From the NCBI GenBank assembly GCA_002269645.1, contig NIVC01000758.1:384993-448992 (forward strand): DNA of 64,000 nucleotides. Direction: 5' to 3'. This stretch comes from Macrostomum lignano. Taxonomy: Eukaryota. The first letter of the stretch is position 1, and each line of letters opens with the position of its first letter. Of the stretch, positions 1 through 12,087 are shown piece after piece. The notes below the pieces were generated by a model that saw only the letters and a list, made by a program, of their open reading frames with translations, searched no databases and was not told the DNA's origin. Both the position numbers and the translations under genes were made by a program.

Positions 1-1413
1 TAGTGCCCACTCTTCTATGCTGGCGCCACGATCGTCTTCCAGTTGGTGGGTGTCCCACCCGCCGTGGCCGTTAAAGTCGCCGGCGATGACGGTGCTGCTA
101 AGAGTGGGGAGGCTGTACCAGTCGGGAAACCAAGCTTCATCGGGCCTCTGGCAGCTGTTTGGTGGCGCGTAGACGCTGATGAGGGTGACGGGTCTACGTC
201 CTGGCGGGCAGATGGTGATGGCGGCTGCATCGAGGGGCTCCGGGCAGTGGCAGGTGACTTGGTGAAACGGCAGGTCGTCGCGGACAAGGATCAAGCAGCC
301 GCCTCGGCCGGTAGGGCGGGGAATGTTCTTTTTTTGGTTTTTTTTGATAACGCCTTCGCGTCCGGTGGCTGTCTCCTGATCAGTGGTGGTGCTGGGGGCC
401 TGTTGTGTCGCGGGGCCCTGTTGTTGTGGTCTCTGGCAGCACGGGCCTCTGAAATTGGTTCTGTACTCCTTGGTGCTTTTAAGGGCAGCGCATTGAAGAT
501 AGAGCCATGCGTGACAGGCACTGCATTGGACACAGGCACGGCTTCTTGGGATATTCCGGTTGCAGATTGGGCAGATCCAGCGGCCGGTGGCTGTCGGAGC
601 GAGATGGTCTCTGGGCGGGGGATCGGCTCCGCCGGAGTTGTTGGACTCGGCCGGGCTGGTGTCCACCGATGCGGCGTGAGGGCGGGCGTCCAGGGGGGTG
701 TCGCGGTTGCTGCATGCTATGCGTCTGCTGCGGCAGCCTGGGCACCAGGATGCGCGTTCCAGTGGCCAGCGAAGGCGGCAGCGGGGCCGTTGGACGGTGC
801 GCGACGTTCCCCGCGCTTGGATGATTGGTGGGCGGGGCTGCGGGTCAGGGGCCGCGGTCAGCTCCGTGGTATCCGCGGCGATGTCCGTTTTGCAGACCCC
901 GTCTTTTCGTGCCGCGACGCAGTATCCAGGGGGTGGGATGAAGTTGGCCCCTGGGAGGAGCTTCGTCTCCTGGAGGAGGGCAGCGCAGGGGCGCAGGCGG
1001 TTAAGGCAGTTGGCCAGCTCCGTGCGGCGAGCCTGCAACCCATTGCAGTTGAGTTGCAGGACGTGGAGCTCTTGGCCTCGCTTAGCGCTGCGCGTGTGCT
1101 GCCTTCTGCTGCGATGGCCGGGGGCTGACGATCCGCCCCGGAGGCGGCGGATGGAAAAAATGTCCGGTTGATCGGCACTGGGTTTTTCGGCCTGGTGGTA
1201 ATCGGCGTAGCATCCCTGTTGGTTGCGACACTTCGTCGCCTCCGAGGGGTGGTGGTTGGAGGCGTTTGGGGGCCCCGCGTGAAGGGGGTCGCATGCCATG
1301 GGTTGGTGTTGGCCAACCCACTCCGCGCTGTCTGGCGACTCGTTCAGAGAGTAGCCGTTAGTGCGAACCCAAGGTGTCAGCTGCTGCGGCTCCTGCCATG
1401 GCTGCTGCCCTGA
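1..1413 (-). mobile_element. Non-LTR retrotransposon (LINE) 5' part: open ORF with APE/EEP endonuclease and internal PHD-like finger; runs off the window edge
   Basis: Manual translation: the minus frame is open from 1413 to 1, first ATG at 1299; absent from the ORF track because there is no stop in the window. Motifs LHVLQLNCNGL (~1068-1036), LLQETK (978-961), GY...RKD, GRGGCLILVR (309-280), VYAPP (174-160) and GDFNGH (81-64) are the canonical APE motifs of LINE ORF2. Confidence 0.9.
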
Positions 1414-4400
1414 TCATCCACAGACTAATCAGAGGGTCACAGCTTACTAACTGGGTATTCTGCCCTGAGGCAGGTTTCTCAGATTCTGAGTCTAGACTTC
1501 TCTACCCTGTGGTAGGATTTTTTTCTGCCTTCTAAAAGTGATCTCTTACATTCTAGATCTGGATATCTCATTCTTCTAAGAACAGTTTTAACTCTCCCAA
1601 TCTTGGGGTTTCTAGTGCTTCTAAATAATTAAGTCAGCAAGTATTTATCAAGCTTCAATTCAAAATACTAGAATAGATTGTAAGCCCAAAGCTAAGCAAA
1701 GCAAGTTGTTTCTTCTCCTGCTAACAGCTTGTGTATTTATACTCCTTTTTGGCAAGTTTTAAAACAAATAAAATTTCATAATTTTTTTAATTTCACAATA
1801 TTACTGATATTATACTTATTAAAACAAAATAGCCTAATTTCAAATGTGATAAATTCTAGGAAAGTGATGCTATTAGCATTGCTAAACAATAACTAGCCTA
1901 TTTCACAATTAAATTTATTTAATGTTGATTTTTGTCTTCCTATTTATCTTACTTGCCAAGCAAGCAACTTTACCTATATCATATTGGCTATGACTTCCTC
2001 TAGGAAGCCAGAAGAGGCTTGGCTTATATTGGCATGAAATTTTGAGCAGTTGTTTTTTATTCTACCATCCCTGATCCCTATTGGAATGCTTTTCAAAAAC
2101 TATAAAAAACATGCAAAAACTAAGAGCTTTTAGTCTTTCAGACAAGCACAGCAGAGCTAGGGACAAGGTGGGCCTAAGCCTAGGCCTACCCAATAATTTT
2201 GTTGGAGAGGCACTAGCTTCTTAGGCCTAATATTTCAAATTGAAATTCAATGGCATCAAATTTATCTAAAATTAAAATTAAACGAAATTTAAATGTAAAT
2301 GTCTTGGCCATAGCCTAGATTACATTGGTAGCTTTTCTAGCATCAGAATATTATAACACTTTAAGTTTAGAAATAAGTGCCATAAGCCCTTATGCTTACT
2401 TGGGCTAATATATTTCCTTTGAAAGTAAATTGTAATTTTTTAATCTTATTTAAAATAGTTTGTAGGCCTAGTTTAGGCTTAAGTTAGTTTTCTAAAATCA
2501 AAATAATTTAGTGAATAAAACTTGACTATTGCCTATTTATTATATTATAGTAATTGGTCTTGGTAGTTTTTATTGTTATAGTGATTATAAAAAGAGCAAA
2601 ATGGTTATTTTTATAGTCAGTATACAAAACAAATCTATAAAATAAGTAGGCCTAGGCCTAATTAACTTGCAGTGCAAATCATAAGAGGCTACTAAATTAA
2701 AATAAGGAGACATGCTAATTGCTATTAATATATTAATTAATATTATGGTAACTTCCAGTATGGTTTTTGTTATCAACCTTAGCTAAGGCTATGTGACCTA
2801 ATTGCTAATTATCAATATAAATGAAATTTCTTTCTAGGATCATAAAAATAACCATTTCACTATTTATATTATATGGTTATCTTAAATTCTTAAATCTGTT
2901 TCTTTGTTTTATGCATTGATTATAAGAATAATCTTGCTATATTTATAGTTACTATAATATAATATGGTTACTATATTAGACTTAATTCCTTTAGTTTAGG
3001 CCTAGCTTTATTCTCTATGTAGCCACACTCTTAAATCTGTTATAATATACCAGAAAAAATGACCCCCTATACCATAATGCATAAATTCAATTTACACTAA
3101 CAAAACAAATTTACTTGTGATCTATAGCTGGACATTATCAAAAAAGCATTTGCAACAATAAAGAATAAAGGACCTTGCATTGTGACAATATAGGACCCTT
3201 TCTTGCATTCTGACATTTTGGTCTTTTGTATGCCAATAGCTACGCCATAGGCTAGCTCTGCAGTGCATTTTTAGTAGATTATTCTGTATGCTAAATATTT
3301 AAGGCCAATTGTTTTTTAAGTCCATTGTATACTAGGATTTTTTGGCATATATATAAGATTTGGGATTGGGGCTATGCAGGCTTCTCTAAGCCTAAAATAT
3401 TATATCAATGTTCCTTTTGTGTTGTAGCCTCCCCTTAACCTCAATATTTTGCTTTTACTAGGGCCTGCTTTCTTTGAAAAAGCCCTTAGATGTATACTAG
3501 ATGCCTAGGCCTATAAATTTTAGGTAGGGCCTATATTATGATATATCAGTTTTTTATAGTGTTAGACAATAGACATATAGGCCTACAATGTTTAGGTATT
3601 CACTTTGCATTATTTTTAAATTTTAGTATTCTTATACTATGCCTATACTTAATTTTTTGTGTTAATTGCAATATTTAGATTTTTCATACTAGCATAACAT
3701 GCCTTATTTTCTATGCCATGCCAAAGCTAAAATTTAACAGAACTATGCCAAGCAGTTCTATAAAAAGGGCTACTTAATCCAATACAATATTTAATAGGAT
3801 TCTACCTTATGTTTTATACATTTTTTGCTAGTATTAAGATATGAAATTATATTTAAGGTCCAACTTCAAGATGCAATTTTGTAGTATCTTTATCACAAAA
3901 AACCTAAAAAAAACTTGGCCTTGCCCTAGGTTTTACTAAAATTAAGATATAAAATTTCATCTAAGACTTAAGGTCTAAATTCAGTTCTAGGATACAGTTT
4001 AGAAAATGCAATCTTTCTACTAGAATAGAATAGACTTTACTTTATTGAACCTAGCTATTTGTTTGTAAATATATTGTTTACATATACTCATTGTCTTGTC
4101 AGTCTTATAAAGCTCTTTGTTAGATTAAAAATGTCAGAGGTTTCATTGGCTACATCTGTTTGTTATATATGTATATGTGTATGTTGAAGCCACAGGAAAA
4201 TTTTATGCAAAAGCAAGAGAGTGAGAAACATTAAGTTGCGTGCAATATGCACCCAAAAACCAACAGGAATCCCTATAAAATAGGTAATGTGTGTGACTTA
4301 ATTTTGGCATCCTGAATGTAGAACCTGAATTCCACATTAATGCCCCCTCTATTTCAAACTTAGTGCCATTTAACTTAACTTCCACATGCTTGTAATTCAT

Positions 4401-4929
4401 ATTTCATTTCGGCAACCCAAAGCTGTTAACTCAAAAATATGAAATAAGAAAAAGTGGAAAAGAGTTGCCCTGTTAGCCCAAATATCAAATTTCGCAACAC
4501 AGAACTGCAACAAGAAACTTTCATCATTTAATTTGAATTAAATGCTGTGATGAAGAGAAATAGACAGTGAAAGCTACCAAGAGATGAGAATAAGAGAAGT
4601 TATTTAGGATGAGTCAGTTGAGAACTAGGTTAAACAGTTGCAAGTTCTCACTGAACGCTAATTGACTATTGTGCGCGCGCATGCACTGCTGCTATCAGCT
4701 GATAGAACAGAAACTTCACAAGAAGGTCACCGCCTGTCCGCCCCGAGCCGTGCGCTCACTATCAGTAGCTGGCGATAACGGGGGGGGGGTCGGTGAAACA
4801 ATATTCGAGCCCGTTAAAGAGCGCACTTTATTGATCTGAATTTTCCTGTCGCTGCAAACCAACTGGCGGTGTGAGAGACAGGCAGGGATAAGAAAAAACT
4901 TCTGTTGAAGACCCCCCCCCAGCTCGGCC

Positions 4930-7900
4930 ATGGCACCCAGCGCATCGAAGCTCGTTCTCAGCGGCGTCACTTTCGTTCGGGCGCATCAGCGCGGCGTTGC
5001 GGTGACCGCCGGGGCCTTGCTCATGTCGCTGCACCTGCGCAAGCTGCTCCGCATGCTGACTGGCAGGCGGCAGAAACGCGACAGAGGCGGCGGCGGCGGC
5101 GGCGGCAAAGACGGCGCAGACGGCAGTCAGGCTGACGAATCGTCGAAAGCCACAGTCGACTTGGCCTTCATTCGTTCCCTGATTCGCCTGGTGCGAATCT
5201 GCGTGCCCTCCCTGCTGAGCCGGGAGTTCGGCATCCTGCTGCTGCACACGACCTCCCTTGTCACCAGGACTTTCCTGTCTGTCTATGTGGCCAAGCTGGA
5301 CGGCCGGATTGTGAAAGCCATCGTGCAGCGGAATGTACTGCGGTTCGTGCTGCAGATCGCCAAGTGGCTGCTGCTGGCCCTGCCCGCCACCTTTGTCAAT
5401 TCTTTGATCCGCTTTCTGGAGAGCCAGCTGGCGTTGGCGCTCAGAACTCGGCTGGTGATGCACTGCTACCAGGAGTACTTCAAGGATCAGACCTACTATA
5501 AGGTGAGGCCGCGAGACTGCGAATTCAGCGGCTGCAAGCCGTCTTATGGGGGTTCAAGTACCCGTTAGATAGGGCCAGGCATTCCATTAGTCAGTGGGAG
5601 ACCTCATTAGACAGTTAGAGACACCCCATTAGACAGTTGGAGACACACCATTAGACAGTTGGAGACACCCCATTAGACAGTTGGAGACACACCATTAGAC
5701 AGTTGGAGACACACCATTAGACAGTTGGAGACACCCCATTAGACAGTTGGAGTCTGGAGACACTATTAGACAGTTGGAGACACACCATTAGACAGTTGGA
5801 GACACACCATTAGACAGTTGGAGACACACCATTAGACAGTTGGAGACACACCATTAGACAGTTGGAGACACACCATTAGACAGTTGGAGACACCCCATTA
5901 GACAGTTGGAGTCTGGAGACACTATTAGACAGTTGGAGACACACCATTAGACAGTTGGAGACACACCATTAGACAGTTGGAGACACCCCATTAGACAGTT
6001 TGAGACACCCCATTAGACAGTTGGAGACACACCATTAGACAGTTGGAGACACCCCATTAGACAGTTGGAGTCTGGAGACACTATTAGACAGTTGGAGACA
6101 CACCATTAGACAGTTGGAGACACACCATTAGACAGTTGGAGACACACCATTAGACAGTTGGAGACACCCCATTAGACAGTTGGAGACACCCCATTAGACA
6201 GTTGGAGACACCCCATTAGACAGTTGGAGACACCCCATTAGACAGTTGGAGACACACCATTAGACAGTTGGAGTCTGGAGACACTATTAGACAGTTGGAG
6301 ACACACCATTAGACAGTTGGAGACACACCATTAGACAGTTGGAGACACACCATTAGACAGTTGGAAACACACCATTAGACAGTTGGAGACACCCCATTAG
6401 ACAGTTGGAGACACACCATTAGACAGTTGGAATCTGGAGACACTATTAGACAGTTGGAGACACACCATTAGACAGTTGAAGACACACCATTAGACAGTTG
6501 GAGACACCCCATTAGACAGTTGGAGACACCCCATTAGACAGTTGGAGACACCCCATTAGACAGTTGGAGACACACCATTAGACAGTTGGAGACACCCCAT
6601 TAGACAGTTGAAGTCTGGAGACACTATTAGACAGTTGGAGACACACCATTAGACAGTTGGAGACACACCATTAGACAGTTGGAGACACACCATTAGACAG
6701 TTGGAGACACCCCATTAGACAGTTGGAGACACACCATTAGACAGTTGGAGACACCCCATTAGACAGTTGGAGTCTGGAGACACTATTAGACAGTTGGAGA
6801 CACACCATTAGACAGTTGGAGACACACCATTAGACAGTTGGAGACACACCATTAGACAGTTGGAGACACCCCATTAGACAGTTGGAGACACCCCATTAGA
6901 CAGTTGGAGACACCCCATTAGACAGTTGGAGACACCCCATTAGACAGTTGGAGACACACCATTAGACAGTTGGAGACACCCCATTAGACAGTTGGAGACA
7001 CACCATTAGACAGTTGGAGACACCCCATTAGACAGTTGAAGTCTGGAGACACTATTAGACAGTTGGAGACACCCCATTAGACAGTTGAAGTCTGGAGACA
7101 CTATTAGACAGTTGGAGACACCCCATTAGACAGTTGGAGACACACCATTAGACAGTTGGAGACACACCATTAGACAGTTGGAGACACCCCATTAGACAGT
7201 TGGAGACACACCATTAGACAGTTGGGAGACACCATTAGACAGTTTGAGACACTATTAGACAGTTGGAGACACCCTAATAGACAGTGGAAGACACCCATTA
7301 GAAAGTGGGGGACACTGCCATTAGACAGTGGGAGACACCCCTCTTAAACAGCCACGGGGCAGCCAAACCCCCATCAGTGAGGTGGCAGGGCCCCATGCCA
7401 GCCCCAAGTTCCCCAGTAAACTGAAAGCCAGCATCGCCAACCCCATCCCCGCACAGGTGGGCAACCTGGACAGCCGGCTGCAGAACGCTGACCAGTGCCT
7501 GACTGAGGACATCTCGCAGTTCACGGGCAGCCTGGCGCACCTGTACTCACACCTGACCAAGCCCATCCTGGACGTGGCCATCATGTCCTACACTCTGTAC
7601 AGCCTGGCCCGCAGCCGTGGCGCCTCCAGCAAGTTTCCCAGCGTGTTCGCCACGGCCGTCATTCTGTTCACTGGCGAGGTTCTGCGCACCGTGTCGCCCA
7701 AGTTCGGCCGTCTGGTTGCCGAGGAGGCCAGGCGGAAGGGCCGCCTCCGCTTCATTCACAGCCGGGTGATCGCCTGCGCAGAGGAGATCGCCTTCTACGG
7801 AGGCCACAAGCTGGAGCGTCGGGTGCTCGAGGACTCCTACGAGTCCTTGGCCCGACAGTCCAGTCGGATCTTCCGCCAGCGCCTCTGGTACGTCATGCTG

Positions 7901-10174
7901 GAGCAGTTCCTCATGAAGTACGTGTGGAGCGCAGCCGGCATGACCATGGTGGCCGTGCCCATCCTCACCGCCACGGGGCAGCGGCCCGATGGCAGCCTGG
8001 TGGATGAGGACCAGGACGGCGGAGTGTCCGAGCGGACTCAGGTGGGAATTGGGAATGAGCTTTAGACCGGTATACCGATTCATTACCCTCTGTTAACTCC
8101 GATAGGTCCATTCCCTTCACCTAATCTGATTTCCTGCATCTAATCTGATTCCCTGCATCTCTAATCTAATTCCCCGCATGTCTAATCTTATTCCCTGCAT
8201 CTCTAATCTAATTCCCTGCTTCTCTAACCTGAATCCCTGCATCTCTAACCTGAATCCCTGCATCTCTAACCTGAATCCCTGCATCTCTAATCTGAATCCC
8301 TGCATCTCTAACCTGAATCCCTTTATCTCTAATCTGAATCCCTGCATCTCTAATCTGAATCCCTGCATCTCTAATCTGAATCCCTGCATCTCTAACCTGA
8401 ATCTTTTTATCTCTAACCTGAATCCCTGCATCTCTAATCTGAATCCCTGCACCCTACGGTGCATTCAAATCCTCACTCTGGTCCCAATTCGATTCCCCGA
8501 ATCGCCGGCCCCACAGGCCTTCACCACGGCCCGCAATCTGCTTGTCAGCGCCGCCGACGCCATCGAGCGCATCATGACGTCATACAAGGAGATCACGGAG
8601 CTCTCGGGCTACACCAGCCGCGTCTCCTCAATGCTGAATGTGTTCAGCGATGTGCAGAACGGCAAGTTCGTCCGGCCCGGCATGCGGCACACCCGAGGCC
8701 AGGTCACCGAGAGCGCCGACTGCATCGAGCTGTGCGACGTGCCCATCGTTACGCCGAGCGGCGACGTTGTGGCGGAGTCGCTCAGCCTTCGGCTGGACCG
8801 GGGCACCCATCTGCTGATCACTGGTGAGCCAATCAGATCTGAGGAATGAGCAGTACGTTAGTTCAAGGAGCGGGTCAGTCCAGTGTAATTCAAAGTCAAT
8901 AATCATCATCATTCACTCCACCTCATCGCTTGCAAGCTGCACATTGAAGCTCTTCGTTTAAAATCGTTTTTTGTGCACCCATCGGAAACCTTCACCAACT
9001 GTATTGTGGTCTCGAATCGCAGAACTTTTTAGCCAATGCTCGCTTAGTTTTTCCTATGGAGGGAACACTGATCAACAGGGGAACGTAATTTTTAGACAAC
9101 ACCTGGCTTGAGAGAATCAATCTTAAGCTGTAAGCTTTGAGGTGTAGTGTAAGCTTTAGTTTTAACCTTAGCTTGAGGTTTGACTTAAGCTTTGGAATAT
9201 GTACTTTAAGCTTCGGGAAATGTACTTTAAGCTTCGGGAAATGTACTTTAAGCTTCGAGATATGTACTTTAAGCTTCGTGATGTGTACTTTATGCTTCTG
9301 GATTTTCTTTAAGCTTCGGGTATGAAGAAGGTTCTGGATGTACTGATGTGGACTTTAAGATTTGGTGTGGACTTTAAGCTTTGGACTGTATTTCGACTTG
9401 TTTTTTTATACTATTGATTTAAAGGTTTTTGGTACTCGTTAATGGTTTCTTTGCTTTATGTTAAAATGCATATTTTTGTTAATGTACTTTTTTATTGTGC
9501 TTTTATACTTTTTGTTTGTTTACTTCTATTTAATGTATAAGTACAATACTGTCGAACCCGCAGGCCCCAACGGCTGCGGCAAGTCCTCTCTCTTCCGCAT
9601 TCTGTCCGGCCTCTGGCCAGTCTACGGCGGGCGCCTGGTGAAGCCGCCGGTGCAAACTCTCTATTATATTCCGCAGCGGCCCTATCTCAGCATTGGCGAC
9701 CTGCGCGAACAGGTGACGTACCCGGACACAGCCGAGCAGCGCCGAGCCAAAGGCGTCACAGACGGCCAACTGCGCGCGGTGCTGGAGGCCGCGCACCTCG
9801 GCTACCTGCTCGAGCGGGAGGGCGGCTGGACGGCCGTGCGAGAGTGGGCCGACGTGCTCAGCGGCGGCGAGAAGCAGCGGCTCGGCATGGCGCGCCTGCT
9901 GTACCACCGGCCGCTCTTTGCCCTGCTGGACGAGTGCACCTCCGCCGTCAGCATCGACGTCGAGGCGAAGATCTACCAGGCCGCCAAGGACGCCGGCATC
10001 ACCCTGCTGACCATCACGCACCGGCCCTCTCTGTGGCCGTTTCACGACCGCGTGCTCAAGTTCGACGGAGCCGGCGCCTGGTCTCTGGAGGAGATGCCCG
10101 CCGCTGCTGCCACCGCCGCCGCCGCTGCCGCGTCCACCGCCTCGGCAGTTGAGGCGGCGACGAGCGAAGCATAA
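4930..10174 (+). CDS. ABCD1/ABCD2: Peroxisomal ABC half-transporter, ABCD1/ABCD2 (ALDP)-like, 4 exons, ~691 aa
   Basis: Exons 4930-5502, 7457-8041, 8517-8823, 9564-10174 with GT-AG and consistent phases 0,0,1. Motifs: EAA-like EEIAFYGG, Walker A GPNGCGKS split by intron 3, signature LSGGEKQR, Walker [11 protein letters not shown], and [18 protein letters not shown] typical of ABCD1/2. Confidence 0.95.
5586..7335 (+). repeat. 22-bp minisatellite (GAGACACACCATTAGACAGTTG) filling ABCD intron 1
   Basis: Direct inspection: ~75-80 units, with periodic longer variants containing GTCTGGAG. Confidence 0.97.
8120..8452 (+). repeat. 21-bp minisatellite (ATCTCTAACCTGAATCCCTGC) in ABCD intron 2
   Basis: Direct inspection; produces the CISNLNP repeat ORF. 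Confidence 0.95.
9190..9300 (+). repeat. Short 21-bp tandem repeat (GTACTTTAAGCTTCGGGAAAT) in ABCD intron 3
   Basis: About 4-5 degenerate units visible. Confidence 0.8.
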
Positions 10175-10202
10175 GGAACTGGGAGACTTGCGGATCGGAT
10201 CT

Positions 10203-10558
10203 TTGTGATGTGGGATTTCATGGATCTGAGGTCTTTGTGATGTGGGATTTCATGGATCTGAGGTCTTTGTGATGTGGGATTTCATGGATCTGAGGTCTTT
10301 GTGATGTGGAATTTCATGGATCTGAGGTCTTGAGATGTGAGATTTCACGGATCTGAGGTTTTGATATGTGGGATTTCATGGATCTGAGGTCTTGATATGT
10401 GGGATTTCATGGATCTGAGGTCTTGATATGTGGGATTTCATGGATCTGAGGTCTTGATATGTGGGATTTCATGGATCTGAGGTCTTGATATGTGGGATTT
10501 CATGGATCTGAGGTCTTGATATGTAGGATTTCATGGATCTGAGGTCTTGATATGTGGG
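10203..10558 (+). repeat. 31-32-bp tandem repeat downstream of the ABCD stop codon
   Basis: Unit GTGGGATTTCATGGATCTGAGGTCTT(T)G(TG)AT, about 11 copies. Confidence 0.93.
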
Positions 10559-11309
10559 AAGATTCGGATTTTCGGGTGCTGTATGTCTCATTTCCATATC
10601 TATTTTTATAGTTATGAGTAGCTCATGCAGTTAATATTGACTTTGGTTAGCCATTGGATGTCCTGCTTATTTCATACTCTGTTCGATTTACTTCATCTTC
10701 TCCACTTCAAAAAAATGCAAATTCTCTTTATTCAATTCCGCCTGTTGTGTTTTGGCATTGCGGCCCTGACTGACAGTTTGCTGTCCCTCTGCTGCCTACT
10801 CGTAGTAGTATTAGAAATCTGCAGTCCCAGTCTAAAGCCGAGCTTGCTTTCACAATCTGCTGTAAAGCAGAGAAGTGGTTTTCAAATTTAATTCGGTAGT
10901 TTTTGTGTTCTTTCTAGCCGTGCCGATGAAATCAATCGGTTTATTAATTATCAAGTATTTTCCCTGGGCGTCCTTTGCTACTCAATATCTTAACAGAAGC
11001 AAGTAGTGCGAATTAGCGAATCAATTTTTCTGAAACTTTCCGTTCTCTCTTTGAAATATGTGCATGTATACAATAAGCTACGCAAAATGATGTGCAATGC
11101 GTATTGTGTTGTGTGCGGATTTTATTTGAGTAAAAATATTTCAGCTATGGTATTAGATTTCCTATTAGCATTCTTATTTGCGATCGTTGCTTTAAAATAA
11201 AAGCTATCAAGCTTTACTTACTGTAATGAGAGTCATTTATTAAACACAATGTTTAAAGTACAGGCTTGGATTTATTTCTGCTCTGGGCTTTGTGAGTCTT
11301 ATCAATCAG

Positions 11310-11668
11310 GATTCTATTTTTAGCCCAGCGTACATCATCTAGACAGCCTTATCGGGTTTCTATTTTTAGCCCAGCGTACATTAACTAGACAGTCTTATCG
11401 GGTTTCTATTTTTAGCCAAGCGTACATCAACTAGACAGCCTTATCGGGTTTCTATTTTTAGCCAAGCGTACATCAACTAGACAGCCTTATCGGGTTTCTA
11501 TTTTTAGCCAAGCGTACATCAACTAGACAGCCTTATCGGGTTTCTATTTTTAGCCCAGCGTACATTAACTAGACAGTCTTATCGGGTTTCTATTTTTAGC
11601 CAAGCGTACATTAACTAGACAGCCTTATCGGGTTTCTATTTTTAGCCAAGCGTACATTAACTAGACAA
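11310..11668 (+). repeat. 46-bp tandem repeat
   Basis: Unit TTCTATTTTTAGCCAAGCGTACATCAACTAGACAGCCTTATCGGGT, about 8 copies. Confidence 0.93.
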
Positions 11669-12087
11669 CTGTCTTATGATTTCTATTTTTATCTCAACGC
11701 CTTGAAGTGTGTTCAATAGAGGATGCCAGAATTTTTAGTATATAGGAGGGTCTTACCGGATCAGATTTTTCGCTTGGCGTCTTCGCTCGCTTGTATATAT
11801 CAGTTATAGATGTTGATAGTTTGATTTTTAGTATATTTTATTACATTGAAATGAGAACAGCAAATACAGTTAGGTTTTATTTGGCAAAGGACGATCAGGA
11901 TAAGAGAATTAAAACTAAGCTGTTTACTAAGGCAAAAGAGTTTCTAACAGCATGCTGTTATTGCATCCGGCATATTTAGCTTGGATTGATTCTTAACTAA
12001 ACGAGGTGCAATCTGTTGTATAAATTGAACTGCAAAAGGTAACTTGAGTATTGTGCTCGTTTTGTTCGTCTGCTCGGACACTCCATA

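Noticed and set aside
43-1128. 361-aa plus-strand ORF
   Set aside because: Antisense shadow in register with the LINE ORF on the minus strand; no motifs of its own.
3140-3260. Possible Cys-rich piggyBac-like C-terminal remnant on the minus strand
   Set aside because: Needs several frameshifts; no TTAA/TIR pair or catalytic motifs found.
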